The notes below the pieces were generated by a model. It was not told where the DNA came from, ran no database searches, and worked only from the letters and a program-made list of their open reading frames with translations. A stretch of DNA of 64,000 nucleotides from Octopus vulgaris (Eukaryota), in NCBI GenBank assembly GCA_951406725.2, contig OX597819.1, positions 87,110,001-87,174,000 of the forward strand. The letters are read 5' to 3'. A program made the position numbers and the translations under genes. This document shows, piece after piece, positions 40,406-55,305 of the stretch (positions are counted from its first letter, which is position 1; each line of letters opens with the position of its first letter).

Positions 40406-40956
40406 TACGCATTTATACATTTGAAATTAAATAAATACAGTCCATTGATAAAAAGACTAAGTGTTCTATTATTACTGTGTACTGCTTTTCATGCTGTGTA
40501 ACTTATCAATAACTAAGTGCATATTACATATTCCGTTCAGAGTATTCATACGTAGTTCTGAATTATTGAACAATAGCGTAAAAACAAAGCTTCTTGAGAT
40601 AGCAGAATAAAATATTATGAAGACATGAGAGTTTTATTGCATAACAACTTTTAAAACTGCTGGTTGATTCAAAACAAGCACGTATGAATTGCAAAATTCT
40701 GACCAAATTCAATTAAAGCAGACTGCATAATCCTAAAATTACCACGAACAAACGTTGAAGTTGTGACTTATTGCAAGGTTCTCGTCAAGCAGTATGTGTG
40801 CGCTCAATAACCTTTGACGCTTGTGTGACATATAAATAAATATCTTAAATACATATTTTTCGCTGATTTTGTTTTAGAGAATTACCAACAATATTATTGT
40901 TTTGTTTCTGCATATAGGTTTCCTGTATAAAAAATTTCATATAATTATACATTTAC

Positions 40957-41110
40957 CTGAGACCATCTTTTCTTGTTTCGAATTTTTTTCTTATCTTTTA
41001 AATGTACGAAGAGTAGGACATTTTCTTGTATTTGCCATAATAGTTGGCCGCCATATGGTGTGATAATTTTACATGGTGGATGCACTGTTGTTGGGCATTT
41101 CATCACAGAG
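40957..41110 (-). CDS. Chitin synthase exon (TPYGGQL...HLKDKKKIRNKKRWSQ)
   Basis: tag acceptor and gtaaat donor; conserved TPYGG and K.RWSQ motifs. Confidence 0.96.
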
Positions 41111-41348
41111 CTATAGAGAGTAAAAGCAGAAAAATGCGTCAAACGTTTTTGAAATAGTTTTTGATATGCATACATACATATATACATACACACATACACA
41201 TGCGCACGCGCACACACATACGCACCAACACAAACACAGATATATAAATATGTATATACATGTATATGTATGTGTGTGTATGTGTGTGTATGTATGTATG
41301 TATGTATGTATATATGTATATATGTATGTATGTATATATGTAAATATG

Positions 41349-41382
<34 letters not shown>

Positions 41383-41384
41383 TA

Positions 41385-44300
41385 TGTAAATCTGACCTTG
41401 GTAAATTGAGTAAACTTATTTTAGATAAATATATTAATAAATTAAATAAACTTAATTACTTAAAATTATGGTTTAGTAATGATAATACTTTGAATTGGTT
41501 TAATAATATTAAAGATAAAAATCGATATAAATTTATTCAAATAGATATAGATAATTACTATTCATTCTTCTATTAATGAAATTGTGTTTAATAAGGCCCT
41601 TATTTTTGCAATGAATAAAGTGGGAATGACATTTGAAGAAGTTAATGTAATTAAAATGGCTAGGAAATCGTTTATTAAATATAAAAATAAATTATGGGAT
41701 AGGAAAGATACTAGGGACTTTTTTGATATACCTATGGGAGCACCTGATTCTGGACAAGCTACGGATTTAGTAGGTATTTATATTTTATCTGAACTTCAAT
41801 TAGAAAATTTAAAAATAGAGGGTGGTTTATATAGGGATGACCTTCTACTAATTACTAAGAATTGCACTAATAGGAACCTAGAAGTATATAAGAAAAAACT
41901 TTATAGTTTCTTTAAAAGATATGGTTTAAGTATTACTATATATAATGAGAATTTTAATGTTAATTATTTAGATGTTAATTTTAATCTAATTACAGGTAAA
42001 ACACAACCATATTATAAACTTAATGAGAACCTTAGATATATAAATGTTAATTGTAATCACCCACCATCAATTAAAAAATCGTTGATTAATAATATAAGTA
42101 AACTATATCATTACTTTCTTATGATTTAGAGATTTTTAATAAACATGTTCCTTATTACAATGAGGCCCTTAGAGAGGCAGGTTATAATAGTAATATTAAA
42201 AATAATAAAAATAATATAAAGTAATAAAAATAATATAAATAAAAATAAAGAATAAAAATAAAAATTAAATTAATAACTTTAATAATTCTTTAAATGTTAA
42301 TTATAAATTTAAATCTAATAATAATAATAATAATATGATAAAGAAATATAATAATAACAATAATAATGACAGTTTTAATAATAAGAAGAAGGAAAATAAG
42401 AATAAAATTTGGTTAATAGTTCCTTATGGTGCTCAAGTTAAAACGAACACTATTAAAGAGATTTTAGATATTATTGAACTATTTATTCGAGATAATCGTA
42501 AATATAAAAACATTTTCTCTAGTGATAATTTTGGAGTAGGTTATTCCACCACTAATAGTGTAGGTAACACTATTTCTTCTTTTAACAAATTTAAACTGAA
42601 TAATTTTTATAAAAATAAATTATATAATAATACCAATAATAAATATAAGACACTAATTACATGTAGAGATAAAACTAAATGTAAATTAAATAATAAATGT
42701 GATATTAACGATGTAGTGTATAAATGTATAGTTACATTACATGATGAGAATAATAAGAATAATAATAACTCAAACGCGATATATATAGGGTCCACTTCCT
42801 CTAAAATAAAATTAAGAATCGCACAACATATGAATTCATTTAAAAATAAAAACTTAATTAACTCCACTGGACTTAGCAAGTACATTTGGGGACTTAAATC
42901 CCAAAATATTAATTATAATTTATCTTGGGAAATATTTAGTAAAACTAAATCATATAGTATAGGAGCGAATTTTTGTTATTTATGTTCTAGTGAGTTTAAG
43001 GAAATTTTATTTTATAAGCATGATAATTTACTGAATACCTGTGATGAGCGCAAAATAAAATGCAGACACAAGTTGCTTTACTTATATAATAAATTTCTTG
43101 ATAAATAATGAATATTTCTTAGTCTTAATTAGCTCCCTATTTGTTGTTTTATGTAATAGTATTCTAAATATAGCAGGTGATTTGTAGTACTTATTATATT
43201 AGTTTATTTTAGTTATTTAGGTTCTGTTTTTAATTATAGTTAGATTATATATAGTTGTTCATTTTATTACTAAATATGTTATTACTAAATATATTTTTAA
43301 TAAATATTTAATGGTTTATTGAATATAGAGTCTGGTAAGTTACAATTTTATTTATTTTATATATTTTGTTATATTTCTGTTATAACTTCGTTAAATTATA
43401 ATTTTTGTTCTATTAATCTATCTGTATGTAATCTCTTTATATTTGAAATAGATTTATTTAGTTGTTTATTTAATCTATTTTATTTAATATAGAAGTATAG
43501 ATTAGTAGATTAATTATTTAGATTTAACTTAATATTTACCTCTATTTTGTATTGTAGTATGATTATAGACATTTATATATGTATTTATTATTTGATATAT
43601 ATGGTTGTGTGTGTATGTGTATATGTGTATATGATGATGTGTGTGTATATATATGTATATGTATATACATTTATTTATGTGTATGTGTGTGGGTGTGTAT
43701 ATATAGGTGTAAGTGTATATACTGAGTATTGTATGTACATGTATGTATGAGTGTGCATATGTGTTTGTGCATGTATGTGTATATATGTGTGTATATATGT
43801 ATATGTATGTATGTGTGTATGTATGTGTATATGTGTATGTATATGTATATGTATGTATATATATATATATGTATATATATATGTATATATATATGTATAT
43901 GTATGTATATTTTTTATATATTTATGTATACGTATGTATAGTTATACTACAAATTCTGATAAGTATCTATAGATTTGGTTATGATCACTAATTTTAACTT
44001 ATAATTATAAGGGCATGGGAAAGAATTTATAGTATGTTGAGGGGTTACTATATAAATAATTTTTTATATATTTATTAACCTTATAAGATTTTTAGAATAT
44101 ATTTAATAATTAGTGGTTTTTAATCATTTAAATCATTTAATGTATTTTGTATTAAGTTTCATTTATCATAGTTATTTTATTAATAAATATTATAGTATAG
44201 AGAGATTTTATTCTTTATTTGTGACTTCATTCTATTTACAATGATAAACAAATAATTTTCCCATTCACAATCATTAATAAAACGTAGGTTCCTCACGCGT

Positions 44301-45510
44301 AATGAATTCTTCAACCATTTATTCTTTTTTTTGCTAATAACGTAATACCACGAGTATTCTTATAAACGCTCTAAAGACGTTTTCCGATTCAAAATTTTAG
44401 TTCATTGCTAAACCTCGCTAAGATAAGTATGTATTTATTTAAGATCTTCAAATTGTAAATTTTAATATTGTATAAGTCTTTGGAGTAATAATATTCTCCT
44501 TATGTAAATATCGTTGTTTATGTAATGATCTAATTATCGTAATTTTCTATATTATTAGATATTAAATTTAAGTTTATTCGTAAGATACTACTTAGCGATA
44601 GATTTGTTATTTGATAGCAAGAATACGAGGTGTATTAAGTTAGGCTTTTGTATATACATGTTTTAATAGTATTAATTGTAGTTTTAAATTTATAATTAAA
44701 TTAGACAAACTTTGATAAACTTAGATATGTTTCGACTAAAGATTGGTCCAGGCCATGTCTAATTTAATAGCATAACTTAGTTATTTCTTTAAGGTGATAG
44801 TCGCTAGTTATTCCCATTGATAATTATGTTTATAGTATTTATTCGATACTATATTACTACGAATTGATTATTTCTAAAAGTATTTTACATAAGATTTCCG
44901 AAAGTTCGTTTAAGTTTGTGTATTTGTATTTTGAAATTAGCTATTTCATCTTCAAATATGAAAAATTAAATTTATTAGGTTTTTATTATATGTGCATATA
45001 CATTTATTTATAGAGATTATCTTAGATCTTAATTATAATATTTATATACATTTATATATTTTCATTGATAATTTATATATATTAGTCATTTTTAAATATT
45101 TATGTAATTAGATATAGACTAATACCGATATTAGATTATGGGTGGGTTTCCTACCTTATAAATTAAAATTAATATTTAACATTATAGTCGATTTTGATAT
45201 AATCATAATTAAGTTCTATGTTTCTAGTTTGATAATTATAAGTAAAATTATTATATTATTTATATCTTAAAAATATTGTTTAAATATTTCTGATTATATT
45301 TTAGATATTTAAATTACCTGAAGATTGACTGTAACCATAACTCGAATTATTACGAATTAGACAGCCATGAAACGATCGTAGTGTTTTACTCATTATCTTT
45401 TATTAAACTTTTAATACTTTTGATATATATTTAAAATAATATAAATTAATTTTTATGTATTGGCTTAAGTTTTTCATTGTTTGATTTGCCTAATAGTGGT
45501 TTTATCTCTA
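41385..45510 (+). mobile_element. AT-rich Penelope-like retroelement (Neptune-like RT and GIY-YIG) with long 3' region and terminal hammerhead
   Basis: MGAPDSGQATDLVG, GGLYRDDLL, VVYKC..IYIGST..RIAQH and CYLC..KCRH motifs; frameshifts; flanked by (TA)/(TATG)n. Confidence 0.88.
45314..45384 (+). ncRNA. Minimal type I hammerhead motif at the 3' pLTR of a Penelope-like element
   Basis: tac-CTGAAGA-ttgactgt...acagccat-GAAACGATCGTA-gtg; palindromic ACGATCGT stem III. Confidence 0.72.
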
Positions 45511-45725
45511 ATTTATATATATATATATATATATATCAAAATATATATATATATTAATACATATATGAGAGGGAATCCACTAAAAGTGAGCTCCCTTACG
45601 CTAGCCACTAAAAGTTGTTCTCAAGAAAAAATTTTACCACACCATGAACGTAAGCGGGCAGGACAAATGAAAAATAACAAAAATATAGATTAACCCTATA
45701 CAATTGTTTAACTGTTAATAAATTA

Positions 45726-45797
<72 letters not shown>

Positions 45798-45861
45798 CAT
45801 ACTCTCTTTAACTCTTTATCTTGTTTCAGGTTTTAAGCTACGGTCATGCTGGGGCACCACC

Positions 45862-48745
45862 GTTGGCTGCCCCATACCATTATTTGAAACCTCCTCTGAT
45901 ATGTGACATTTGGTGAATGTAAGACCTTGAAATTGCTGCTCTCATCTGGGTTTCCTACCTTGAGGTAGGCTCACCCGGAACCCTTGACAGGATGAGATCT
46001 AGTATTATTTTTAAGAGACCTACATCCCTACCATGAGGGTCTTTCGGGCATTTTGGAAGGATATTGAAGAACTGAAAGCCTTGAAACCCAAGCTGTTGCA
46101 ATATCTGGTCCTGTATTTTGATGGCGACGCTGGGATCTTGGGCAGTATGCAGTGGCGCCCCGTTCTGTTGACTGTGTAACTTTCAATACCAAAGTTTGGT
46201 GCAAAGCCTTCCTGGACTTTCTAGATATATATCACCGCATATCTTTCCGCCTTCGTTCTAGGGAGAAGAATTTTAACTCTTTCAGCCTGCCCCAGTAGCT
46301 GATATGTTGTATTGAGACGATTTTCTTTGTGTAGCTTCGTTGGATTGCTTCGAGTTCCGCCGTTAATTTTATGCTGTGTGGTGACCATAGTTGGGAGCAG
46401 TAGTCCAAGCGACTGAAGACATACACCCTCCATCATAGATACGTTTTCTTTCGATTGATATTTCGGAGGATCCATCCAGCAAGTCGTCTGCATTTTATTA
46501 CCAAATTAGTAATATGCTTTTGGAAAGATGCATCATTACTCATGTGCCCAGGTCACGCATTGAGTTTAATACAGGGATTGCAATTCCTCCCGGACCAGTG
46601 AATCCTGTTTTCATCTCATTTAGCTTAGAGTGCTGATAACGCAGGGCTTGGAATTTTCCTGCATTAAACTATATGTTGTTGTCCTCAGCCCACCTGTATA
46701 TTGCATCCAACTCCAGTTGCAGATGCGCAATATTTCCAGTGTTCTGAATTATTTGAGAGACTTTTGAATCATCTGCATAGCTAGCAAGGGTGGCTATCTA
46801 AGCAGCTGAGGGGAAATCTGAGAGCGCCAGTATAAATAGTAGTGGCCGTAAGACAGTACCCCATGGAACACCACTTACTATAGTGTTTCCTTTCAGATGG
46901 CTCTATTGGCCACCACTGCCAGACGTCTATCTTTTATAAATTCGTGTAGTCACTCACCTAGTTTTCCGACTATACCGAGATCACACCATGGCCGACTTAA
47001 CCAAAGGCTTTTGAAAAATCGAGATGTATCACATCCACACTTGAGTTGTTTAGCAGCTGCTTTAACACCCAGTCGCAATGTTGTAAGAGCTGTGTCAGGC
47101 AGCTTCTACCAGGTTGAAAACCATGCTGGGTGTCAGTCCACAAGTCATTCTCTTCAACGAACGTGAATGGTTTCTTGCGGACTATTCGTTCCATGACTTT
47201 ATTAATGTCTGAGGTCAGAGAGATAGGTGTATAATTTTTAACACCTGCTCTGATTTCTCCTTTGTGGACAGGGCCTATTAGTCCTTCCTTCAATTTGCCT
47301 GGGAGATTACCACTAATAAGAAAACTCTGAAAAAGAAGCTGCAGTGTTCTTGCGAGATATCGTTTGCACGATCTGAGAAGGATTGCTGGGAATCCATCAA
47401 GGCCAACAGCTAAGTTTGTGTCTACCTTATCTATGGTCAGTGTTGCATCTTCTTTAATGTTGATTTAATCAATTTTCGCCTCTTTGCTTACAGGTAAAGT
47501 ATCAAAGAATTATGCTGGCTTCTTCACTTGCCTGTGTCCCAGAGAAGTAGTGAACACACTTTGGAACTGCTCGTCGATGTTTCACTTATCCTCATTGAGT
47601 TTTCTGTGAGGGAGCCAGCTTTTTGGAAGAGGGCCCTATCTCGTGGCGTACTGTAGTTGTTTCTTTAGAAAAGTTAATGAAAGATTTAAGGTTCGGCTTA
47701 ATCAGGCTTCCTTACCTGCTCTTTTTCGTGAAAGTGATGCAGACTTTTCTCAATCTCCAAGAGCGTTCTCTTCAGGAAGAACTTTTCACTACTTTTGGTG
47801 TGCTTGTTCAGGCGGTTCGCAATCTTTGTCCGTCGTCTCATAAGAATTTTCCTTTCCCAAGGAATCTTGCTTTTGTGTATGTTGGCCTTGTGCTCTGGGA
47901 CAGATTTGTCTCATATAGCTTGTATTATGAACATGAAATGTTTGTTTCTCATGTCAATGACTGGTACGGAGAGACATTTAAGCCAATGCTGTTTAAGGAT
48001 CTCTTTCTCAATCGGCTTCCAGTTAGCTTTATGAAAGTTCAGTTTGGAGAGATTTCAGGTGCTTTTATAGGCTGTACGCCTGCAGGAGCTTTTGTTTCAT
48101 ACATAGTCAGCTCTATTATGTTGTGGTCCGAGGCTAGCGTCGGTGTCACTTTCACATTATGGATAATGTCCATATTGTTTGTGAAGCAGAGATCCAGTAT
48201 ATTATTTGCCCTGGTTGCTTGCAGCACAATTTGCTCAATGAATGAAGCATTGGTAAGGCGGAGTAAGGACATTGTGCTTGTTGGTAGTGTGTCATTATTC
48301 GGAGCATCTGGTCTTCAGGTTAGCCCACACTGGGGACGTTAAAGGCACTCAGAAGGAATACACGGATGCGTTGCTCCAGTTTGGTGAGAACTATCTTTGC
48401 TAGGCATTCTTCAAACTTACCGGTATGATTTTGAGCATATGATGAGCGATATGTAGTATATATAACAATATTAAGTTGTCTTATGTGTACAAACAACTTG
48501 GATGTCACATACTGAGTTTAAATGTAAGAGCAGGACCTGGGGCCTCGGCTCCTCTCGGATGTACACAGCAACTCCATTGTGGTTTCTTTCTTGTCTATCT
48601 GAGCGTATTACAACATATTTTGCTATGTATTTTTCAGCATCCTCTATATCGGGTCTAAGCTGCTATGCAGAGAGCTTGGTTTCATGCAGCAAGATCTCTC
48701 AGGAAAGAGGTTTTTGTTTTGCAGTAGAGGTGCAACAGACTTTGG
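45862..48745 (-). mobile_element. Decayed CR1/L2-like LINE (APE and RT)
   Basis: NILDLCFTN, SDHNII, QHGFQPGRSCLTQLL, HLDFSKAF and SRLDYCSQLWSP motifs. Confidence 0.9.
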
Positions 48746-49169
48746 ATACTCTTTATACCCTCTTTTACTCTTTTATTTGTTTCAGTCATGTGACTGCGGC
48801 CATGCTGGAGCACCGCCTTTAGTCGAGTAAATCGACCCCAAGACTTATTCTTTGTAAGCCTAGTACTTATTTTATCGGTCTCTTTTGCCGAACCGCTAAG
48901 TTACGGGGGCATAAACACACTACCATCGGTCGTCAAGCGATGTCGTGGGGGTACAAGCACAGACACACAAACATATACACACACATACATATATATACAT
49001 ATATACAACGGGCTTCTTTCAGTTTCCGTCTACCAAATCCACTCACAAGGCTTTGGTCGCCCCGAGGCTATAGTAGGAGACACTTGCCCAAGGTGTCACG
49101 CAGTGGGACTGAACCCGGATCCCTGTGGTTGATAAGCAAGCTATTTACCACACAGCCATTCCTGCGCCT
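48746..49169 (-). mobile_element. tRNA-derived SINE, family A
   Basis: Highly similar to 36-451. Confidence 0.88.
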
Positions 49170-51229
49170 GAAATAGTTTTGAGATGTCTGTGTTTTCGTT
49201 AGTTGTGTCCACCCTGTATCTGTTGTCTGTGGTGTCCTTGTGTGGTGATAGAAAGTATATTTACATTGATTTCGTTATTTTATTTTAAACTGTATGGCAT
49301 TTGGTTTAACAGCAGCATCATCTTTCCAACTGTTGTTACAAGAAAATCTCCAGCTGTTAGTCGTGGTTGTTGTAACATATTTTCATGTGCTGGTGGTGGA
49401 AGATGGTGTTAGTGGCGTATGTTATGATACTAGTCGCAGTCTCAGTGATATATTTATAGGATCTACCAATCGATTATTGAATTTCGGGTCTAGGCGTTGG
49501 ATCAGTATAGCTTCCTTGATACGAAGATTCACTGTGTTCCTCTCTGAGGTTAGCATGGAAGCATCTATTTCTTTAGTGACCACGTGCAGAACTGCAGCTC
49601 TGCACGCTGGCGAATTGCTCTATTCGAAAACCAACATATGCCTATGTATATACGCAATATACAAGATAAGATACGGTGCTCCAAATGCAACAACTATTAC
49701 AATCGTAGCACAGTCCGAACACACCAAGTCCGAATGAAGGAGCACTTCACTATCGACGCGTCTTTCTTTCGCTAACATTTAATCATATGCGGCAATACCA
49801 CATAAACATTAGGGTAGCTAACATCAACTCGAGTACTCAACTAATACTTATTTCATAGATTCCGAAATGACGAAAGGCAAAGTGGACCTCAGCAGTATTT
49901 GAACTCAAAATATAAAGACAGAAGAAATGTCAGTATGTATTTTGTTTGATGCTCTAACGATTGTCACCTCGCCACCATGATATTAAAATAGAGTTAAAGG
50001 ACTAACTCCAATAATAACAAAACTATGTCTAATAGCAACACTATCCAACTCTCAAGAGAACTACACACATGTGTAATGAAAAGAAATTGGAAAATTGTCA
50101 ACGCAAACACAGTCAGAGATGCATGGAGATTTGTGATTAAAAAATAACTATTTAGTTATGGATTTGGTTTGCAAGATACTTTATATGAGTTCGTGTGTTG
50201 AAGCATATTCTGTTGTGCCTTGGGAGAGTCATTTTCTTTTTGTGCCTTATAATGTAACACACACACCGGTAAAATTTCCACTTTTTTCTTATTTTTATTT
50301 TCCTAAAATTTTCGTTGCGTCTTGCAACCTTTTCAATAGTTATGGTATCTTTGATCCGCGTAATGAACTCCCAAAGCTAAAATAGATGGCTCAGAGGAAA
50401 GTACACACTAACAATTAAAAAATATCCCACTACAAACTATGAAAACATCACAAAGGAACCTATCATAGAGAGGAAAGAAAGGAAGCAACTGAGACGATCA
50501 GACATAATCCAAACGAGACCTCAAAATACGACAGAGCCAGTCATACAAATAACATAGATGGTATAACAGTAAACCAAAACTAAGCACACACACACACAAA
50601 AAATATATTAAACTCCGAAATGCCAAAGTGGTAGGGAAATAGTCAGCCAAATTCGTTAACCACACTTAACAACAAACAAAATTAACCACAAATGGCAACA
50701 AATTAACAACAGTTGACAGAGAAGAGAAACAATAAAGAAAGTAAACAGCAATAAAATTGATGAAAATGAGAAACAGAAATCATTGCCCAAGCTACATACA
50801 AACAAACAACTCTGCGAGAGAATACATTAATACGACAGGATCCCGCAAAAAATCCCTGTACACAGAAAGAAATTACCCGAATATCAAAAGGTCTAAGTTG
50901 CCACGTCAGTTCAGTAGCATTATCTTGAGAAAACTGGTATAAAGTTGAACTCTGCTCAGGACCTGATTTCGTAAGGTTTTCATTTGTGTTGTCACAAATG
51001 CAGCAGAATTTTATTCAGCCCTCTAATGATTATACACATCTATTTGATTTAAATAACTATTTCCAGCAGAGATACATAGCTTGAAATACGTAGGGAGGAT
51101 AAGCCAGTAACGTCGATTCCAATATTTGACGGCGACCACGAAAGGATAACAAGCTTAATTAACGTCGGCGTTCTTTGATATCAGAACATAAAACGCCTGA
51201 ACAAATGATGCAAGGTATTTTGTCCGAAA

Positions 51230-51460
51230 AGGCGGCGAGCTGGCAGAATCGTTAGCACACCGGGCGAAATGCTTAGCGGTATTTCGTCTGCCGCTACGTT
51301 CGGAGTTGAAATTCCGCCGAGGTCGACTTTGCCTTTCATCCTTTCGGGGTCGATTAAATAACTACCAGTTAGGCACTGGGGTCGATGTAATCGGCTTAAT
51401 CCGTGTGCCTGTCCATGTTTGTCCCCTTTGTGTTTAGCCCCTTGTGGGTAGTAAAGAAAT
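51230..51460 (+). mobile_element. tRNA-derived SINE, family B, with 17-bp TSD
   Basis: Head aggcggcgagctggcagaatcgttagc; TSD aggtattttgt(c/t)cgaaa at 51213 and 51461. Other copies near 29612, 31570, 49800 and 63300. Confidence 0.88.
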
Positions 51461-51530
51461 AGGTATTTTGTTCGAAATTCTAATGCTTCTGCCAAATAAT
51501 AATAATAATAATAATTAATATCTTACATAC

Positions 51531-51633
51531 CTGGCTGCTTTGTCAATTGTGGTGACGAGAGTTTTAACATATTTGTTTAGGCAAACATCTTCAAAATCAT
51601 TTATCTCCATAGCATCATCAAAGAAAATATGAG
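51531..51633 (-). CDS. Chitin synthase exon (HIFFDDAM...TIDKAA)
   Basis: tag acceptor and gtatgt donor; conserved HIFFDDA motif. Confidence 0.95.
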
Positions 51634-51834
51634 CTATAAATAAATGAAAAATAATTGAATAGATCGCATTCTTTCCAATTTTCCTTTGAGACAAAAAAAA
51701 TAATGAAAACGTTCCTATCTTCCTCCTCCTACTCCCTCCCTCCTCATTGTCATCATCATCATCATTTACATAGATAAACGTATATAAAAGTTGCTGCAAG
51801 TTTTTTTGATATTTATGGATAGATTACAAATACG

Positions 51835-52024
51835 GTAACGATTATTTGCCAACCTAAAGTGGCAGTCCCGTTTAGGTGGGCGAATGCTGCCCCTGTTCGA
51901 AAATATAAATACACAGATCGTGTGTCGTATAGCCAGCTGGAGACGATGTCTGCTGGAGCTAAGCAACAGTAGCATTCGCCCACCTAAGCGGGACTGCCAC
52001 ATTAGATTGGAAAATAATCGTTGC
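51835..52024. mobile_element. MITE-like inverted repeat
   Basis: About 52-bp arms (51837-51888 and 51971-52022) around an ~80-bp spacer. Confidence 0.7.
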
Positions 52025-52337
52025 GTTAAAGTGCTGCTCCTGAATACATCTCTTTGAGAGATTTAGAAATGGCAATGCTTCTAGTATATATACGTATGTA
52101 CATATGTGTGAGTGGTCGTCAAACGTAACAATCTTTTCATAGTAGACTATGCTTATAACAAGTTTAATAGCATTCTACCATAGGCTTTGAAATTACTACC
52201 AGTCCCTGATATTAATACACACACGCGCGCGCGCACACACACACATGCACATACTCACATACATACATGCATACATACATACATACATACATACATACAT
52301 ACATACATACATACATACATACATACATACATACATA

Positions 52338-53140
52338 CACTACTGGACAAAATCTTAAGCCCATTGAAAAAAACTTCTTAAATGAACTTCTTGCAGATCG
52401 ATGAATTTGACTATTTTTCATTATAAACTCATAATTGGCAAATAGAAAAGGATATACGAAAACCTAAAGAAATGTTTTGATACATAAGATACGCATTGCA
52501 TGAAAATGAACAATATTTTGCCTATTATTAAATTTAAGACCATAACCAAAAAAAAAAAAAAAAGAAGTTTAAATCCGTCGTAAATTATAAACTTTCTTAC
52601 ATTGTTCAAGCTTTTTCTGTGTCAACAACTGCCGGTCACTCTCTGTCTATTTCACAACAATGAGCAAGGCTAAAATATTGACGGATTTTGATCGTGGAAG
52701 AATTATAGAGCTCCAGAAGCAGGAGGTTGGATGGCAAGAAGCGTTTACAACAATTGAACGCAACTTGTGACTGTGAATGCTTATTTGTCAAGCAGTATTC
52801 ATCTCGTGGCGTAACATCCCGGACAACATCCTGCAAACGTTTGTGTCGAATATACCACGGCGAATTTTTGAAGTTATTCGCAGGAAGGTGGAGCTACTAT
52901 TATTGTGCAACCTTGTTTACTATTTATTTATTTTTGTTTGTTATTTGTCATGGTCTTAAACTTTTGACTAGGCAAAATATTATTAGCGTTCATACAATGC
53001 ATATTTTGTGCATTAAATGTTAAGCATTTTTTTAGATTTTCGTATATTTTTTTTCTATCTACAAAGAAGAATAGTTGAATATATCGGTCTGCAAGGAGTT
53101 CATTCCGGCACTTCTTTTCACTGGTCTTAAGATTTTATGT
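52338..53140 (+). mobile_element. Tc1-like deletion derivative
   Basis: caaaatcttaagccca / tggtcttaagatttt ends, with transposase N- and C-terminal remnants. Confidence 0.45.
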
Positions 53141-53154
53141 TGTGTGTGTGTGTG

Positions 53155-53217
<63 letters not shown>

Positions 53218-53470
53218 CGTGTGTGCGTGCGTGTGTGCGTGGTGTGTAGTGTAAAGAGCGTTGCCAGGGGGGATCTTGTTTCCGCGTTTAACAAGCAAGT
53301 ACTCCGTAGCCATACACAGAGAATCTACTAGCTTATAGTTTAGACCCGTTCCATGAGATTACGCTAATAGACTAAAATCTGAGACACTGCGAAGGGCAGC
53401 GGCATTATGTGGTAGTTCTAACATCAAAATATAAAATAAACAATTTGGTATAATTGACAAAAATACTTAC

Positions 53471-53565
53471 CTTCAAAATCATAATAGTCATCATAATCTC
53501 TTGATGAGCCAACACCTTCGGTCGCCATTTTTATGTCGGTTACCAAGGTTTGTTCAATTGCCATT
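53471..53565 (-). CDS. Chitin synthase exon (95 bp, MAIEQTLVTDIKMATEGVGSSRDYDDYYDFE)
   Basis: tag acceptor and gtaagt donor. Not in the ORF track; it bridges phases exactly and gives the conserved DYY.FE/AHIFFDDA. Confidence 0.92.
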
Positions 53566-54229
53566 CTAAAAATGAGTAATGAAACAATTCATTTTATTCG
53601 TAAGTAGTGGAGTATTTCATCAATAGTATTATAGTTTCATATAGTATACATAATTCAGAATGGAAATAATAATCAGAATGTATCTCAATATAATATTTTA
53701 TACAGAAAAGTATTGCCTGAAATTCATGAAGAATGTGGAAACAATTTACTTCATGGACATAATAAGGCAGTTCCAAATATATGGGGGGAGGAAGTAGTAA
53801 TCATTTTTTTTTAATTTCGAGAATTAATGTCATTAATACCAACAATTATAATTTAACATTTTCATAGAAAATAAAGATGTTTAAAATAAAACATTTAAAA
53901 CATTTCTCTAGTTCCAGGTATGATTGGTTTTGTTTGACTGCAAAGTTGATTCACTAAACACGGATAAAATCTTAAATGTTGACTTGCTTTCCAAATACGC
54001 TGCATGCATTAGGAATTGACTTAATTCGTTAACTGAAACATAAACTTTATTTGGAGAGAGTCGTTTTCACTCTCGATTTCCTTTCAAATTAAAATTTCTT
54101 TCACAAGTAACACTATCAAAAGCAAGCACCGAAACACCAACAGAGATGTGATTAGCAAAAACATTATAGTGGTTCATTAAGAAAGTAGTTTGAACAATTT
54201 CATCAATGAAAGGTATACATCTACCCACA

Positions 54230-54820
54230 CATACAAATCGGTAAGTGAAGAAAATATACAGAAGAGACAAGGAGCAGTGGGTAAAAAAGAACGGTATGGA
54301 AGCTCAAGCAGCAGACAGAAATGACTCACGGACGCTGTATAAGATCTATGCGAATTAACAAGTGCGCAAAAAGGTAAGAATCGTAAAATGCTTACAACAG
54401 AGGAGGAACAAGCAAACCTCTAGAAAGGAAAGAGTATTTTCGTGAAGTTCTCATTCGGCCTATTCCAGCAACTACATTTGAAACGGATAACGAACAACTC
54501 ATGAATGAAGCGAATATCAACGTGGATGATATAACTGCAGAAGTGGACATGCAAATACGCAATTTGAGGAGCAACAAAGCCGATAGCATAGATGAGATAT
54601 AAACTGAGCTCTTGAAGCATGGCGTGGAAGCATTTGTACAATATCTGATGCATTTCTTCAAATTTATTTGGTAGAGGGAAGATCTACCAGGTGATTGGAA
54701 TCATGGAATGGTGTACTACGCATAAAAGGTGATGTGACAGTATGTAACCATTGGTGCAGCATTACACTGTTATCCGTGTCTGGTAAAGTTTTCTGCAGTG
54801 TCCTAGTACTTATTCTATTG
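54230..54820 (+). mobile_element. Decayed RTE-like RT fragment
   Basis: KGDVTVCNHWCSITLLSVSGKVF motif. Confidence 0.7.
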
Positions 54821-54824
54821 GTCA

Positions 54825-55091
54825 CTAAGTTACGGGGACGTAAACAAACCAGCATCGGTTGTCAAGCGATGTTGGTGGGGGGATAAACACAGACACACAA
54901 ACACACACACAAATATATACATATATACGACGAGCTTCTTTCAGTTTCCGGATACCAAATCCCCTCACAAGGCTTTGGTCGGCCCGAGGCTATAATAGAA
55001 GACACTTGCCCAAGGTGCCATGCAGTGGGACTGAATCCGGAACCATGTGGTTGGTAAGTAAGCTACTTACCATACAGCCCCTCCTGCGCCT
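54825..55091 (-). mobile_element. Family A SINE (3'-truncated)
   Basis: Similar to 185-451. Confidence 0.85.
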
Positions 55092-55094
55092 ATA

Positions 55095-55194
<100 letters not shown>

Positions 55195-55218
55195 CTTATA
55201 TATATAAAGAAATAAAGT

Positions 55219-55305
<87 letters not shown>

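Noticed and set aside
49728-49768. ccgaatgaaggag...gacgcgtc as a hammerhead
   Set aside because: Both core boxes are broken; at best a dead relic.
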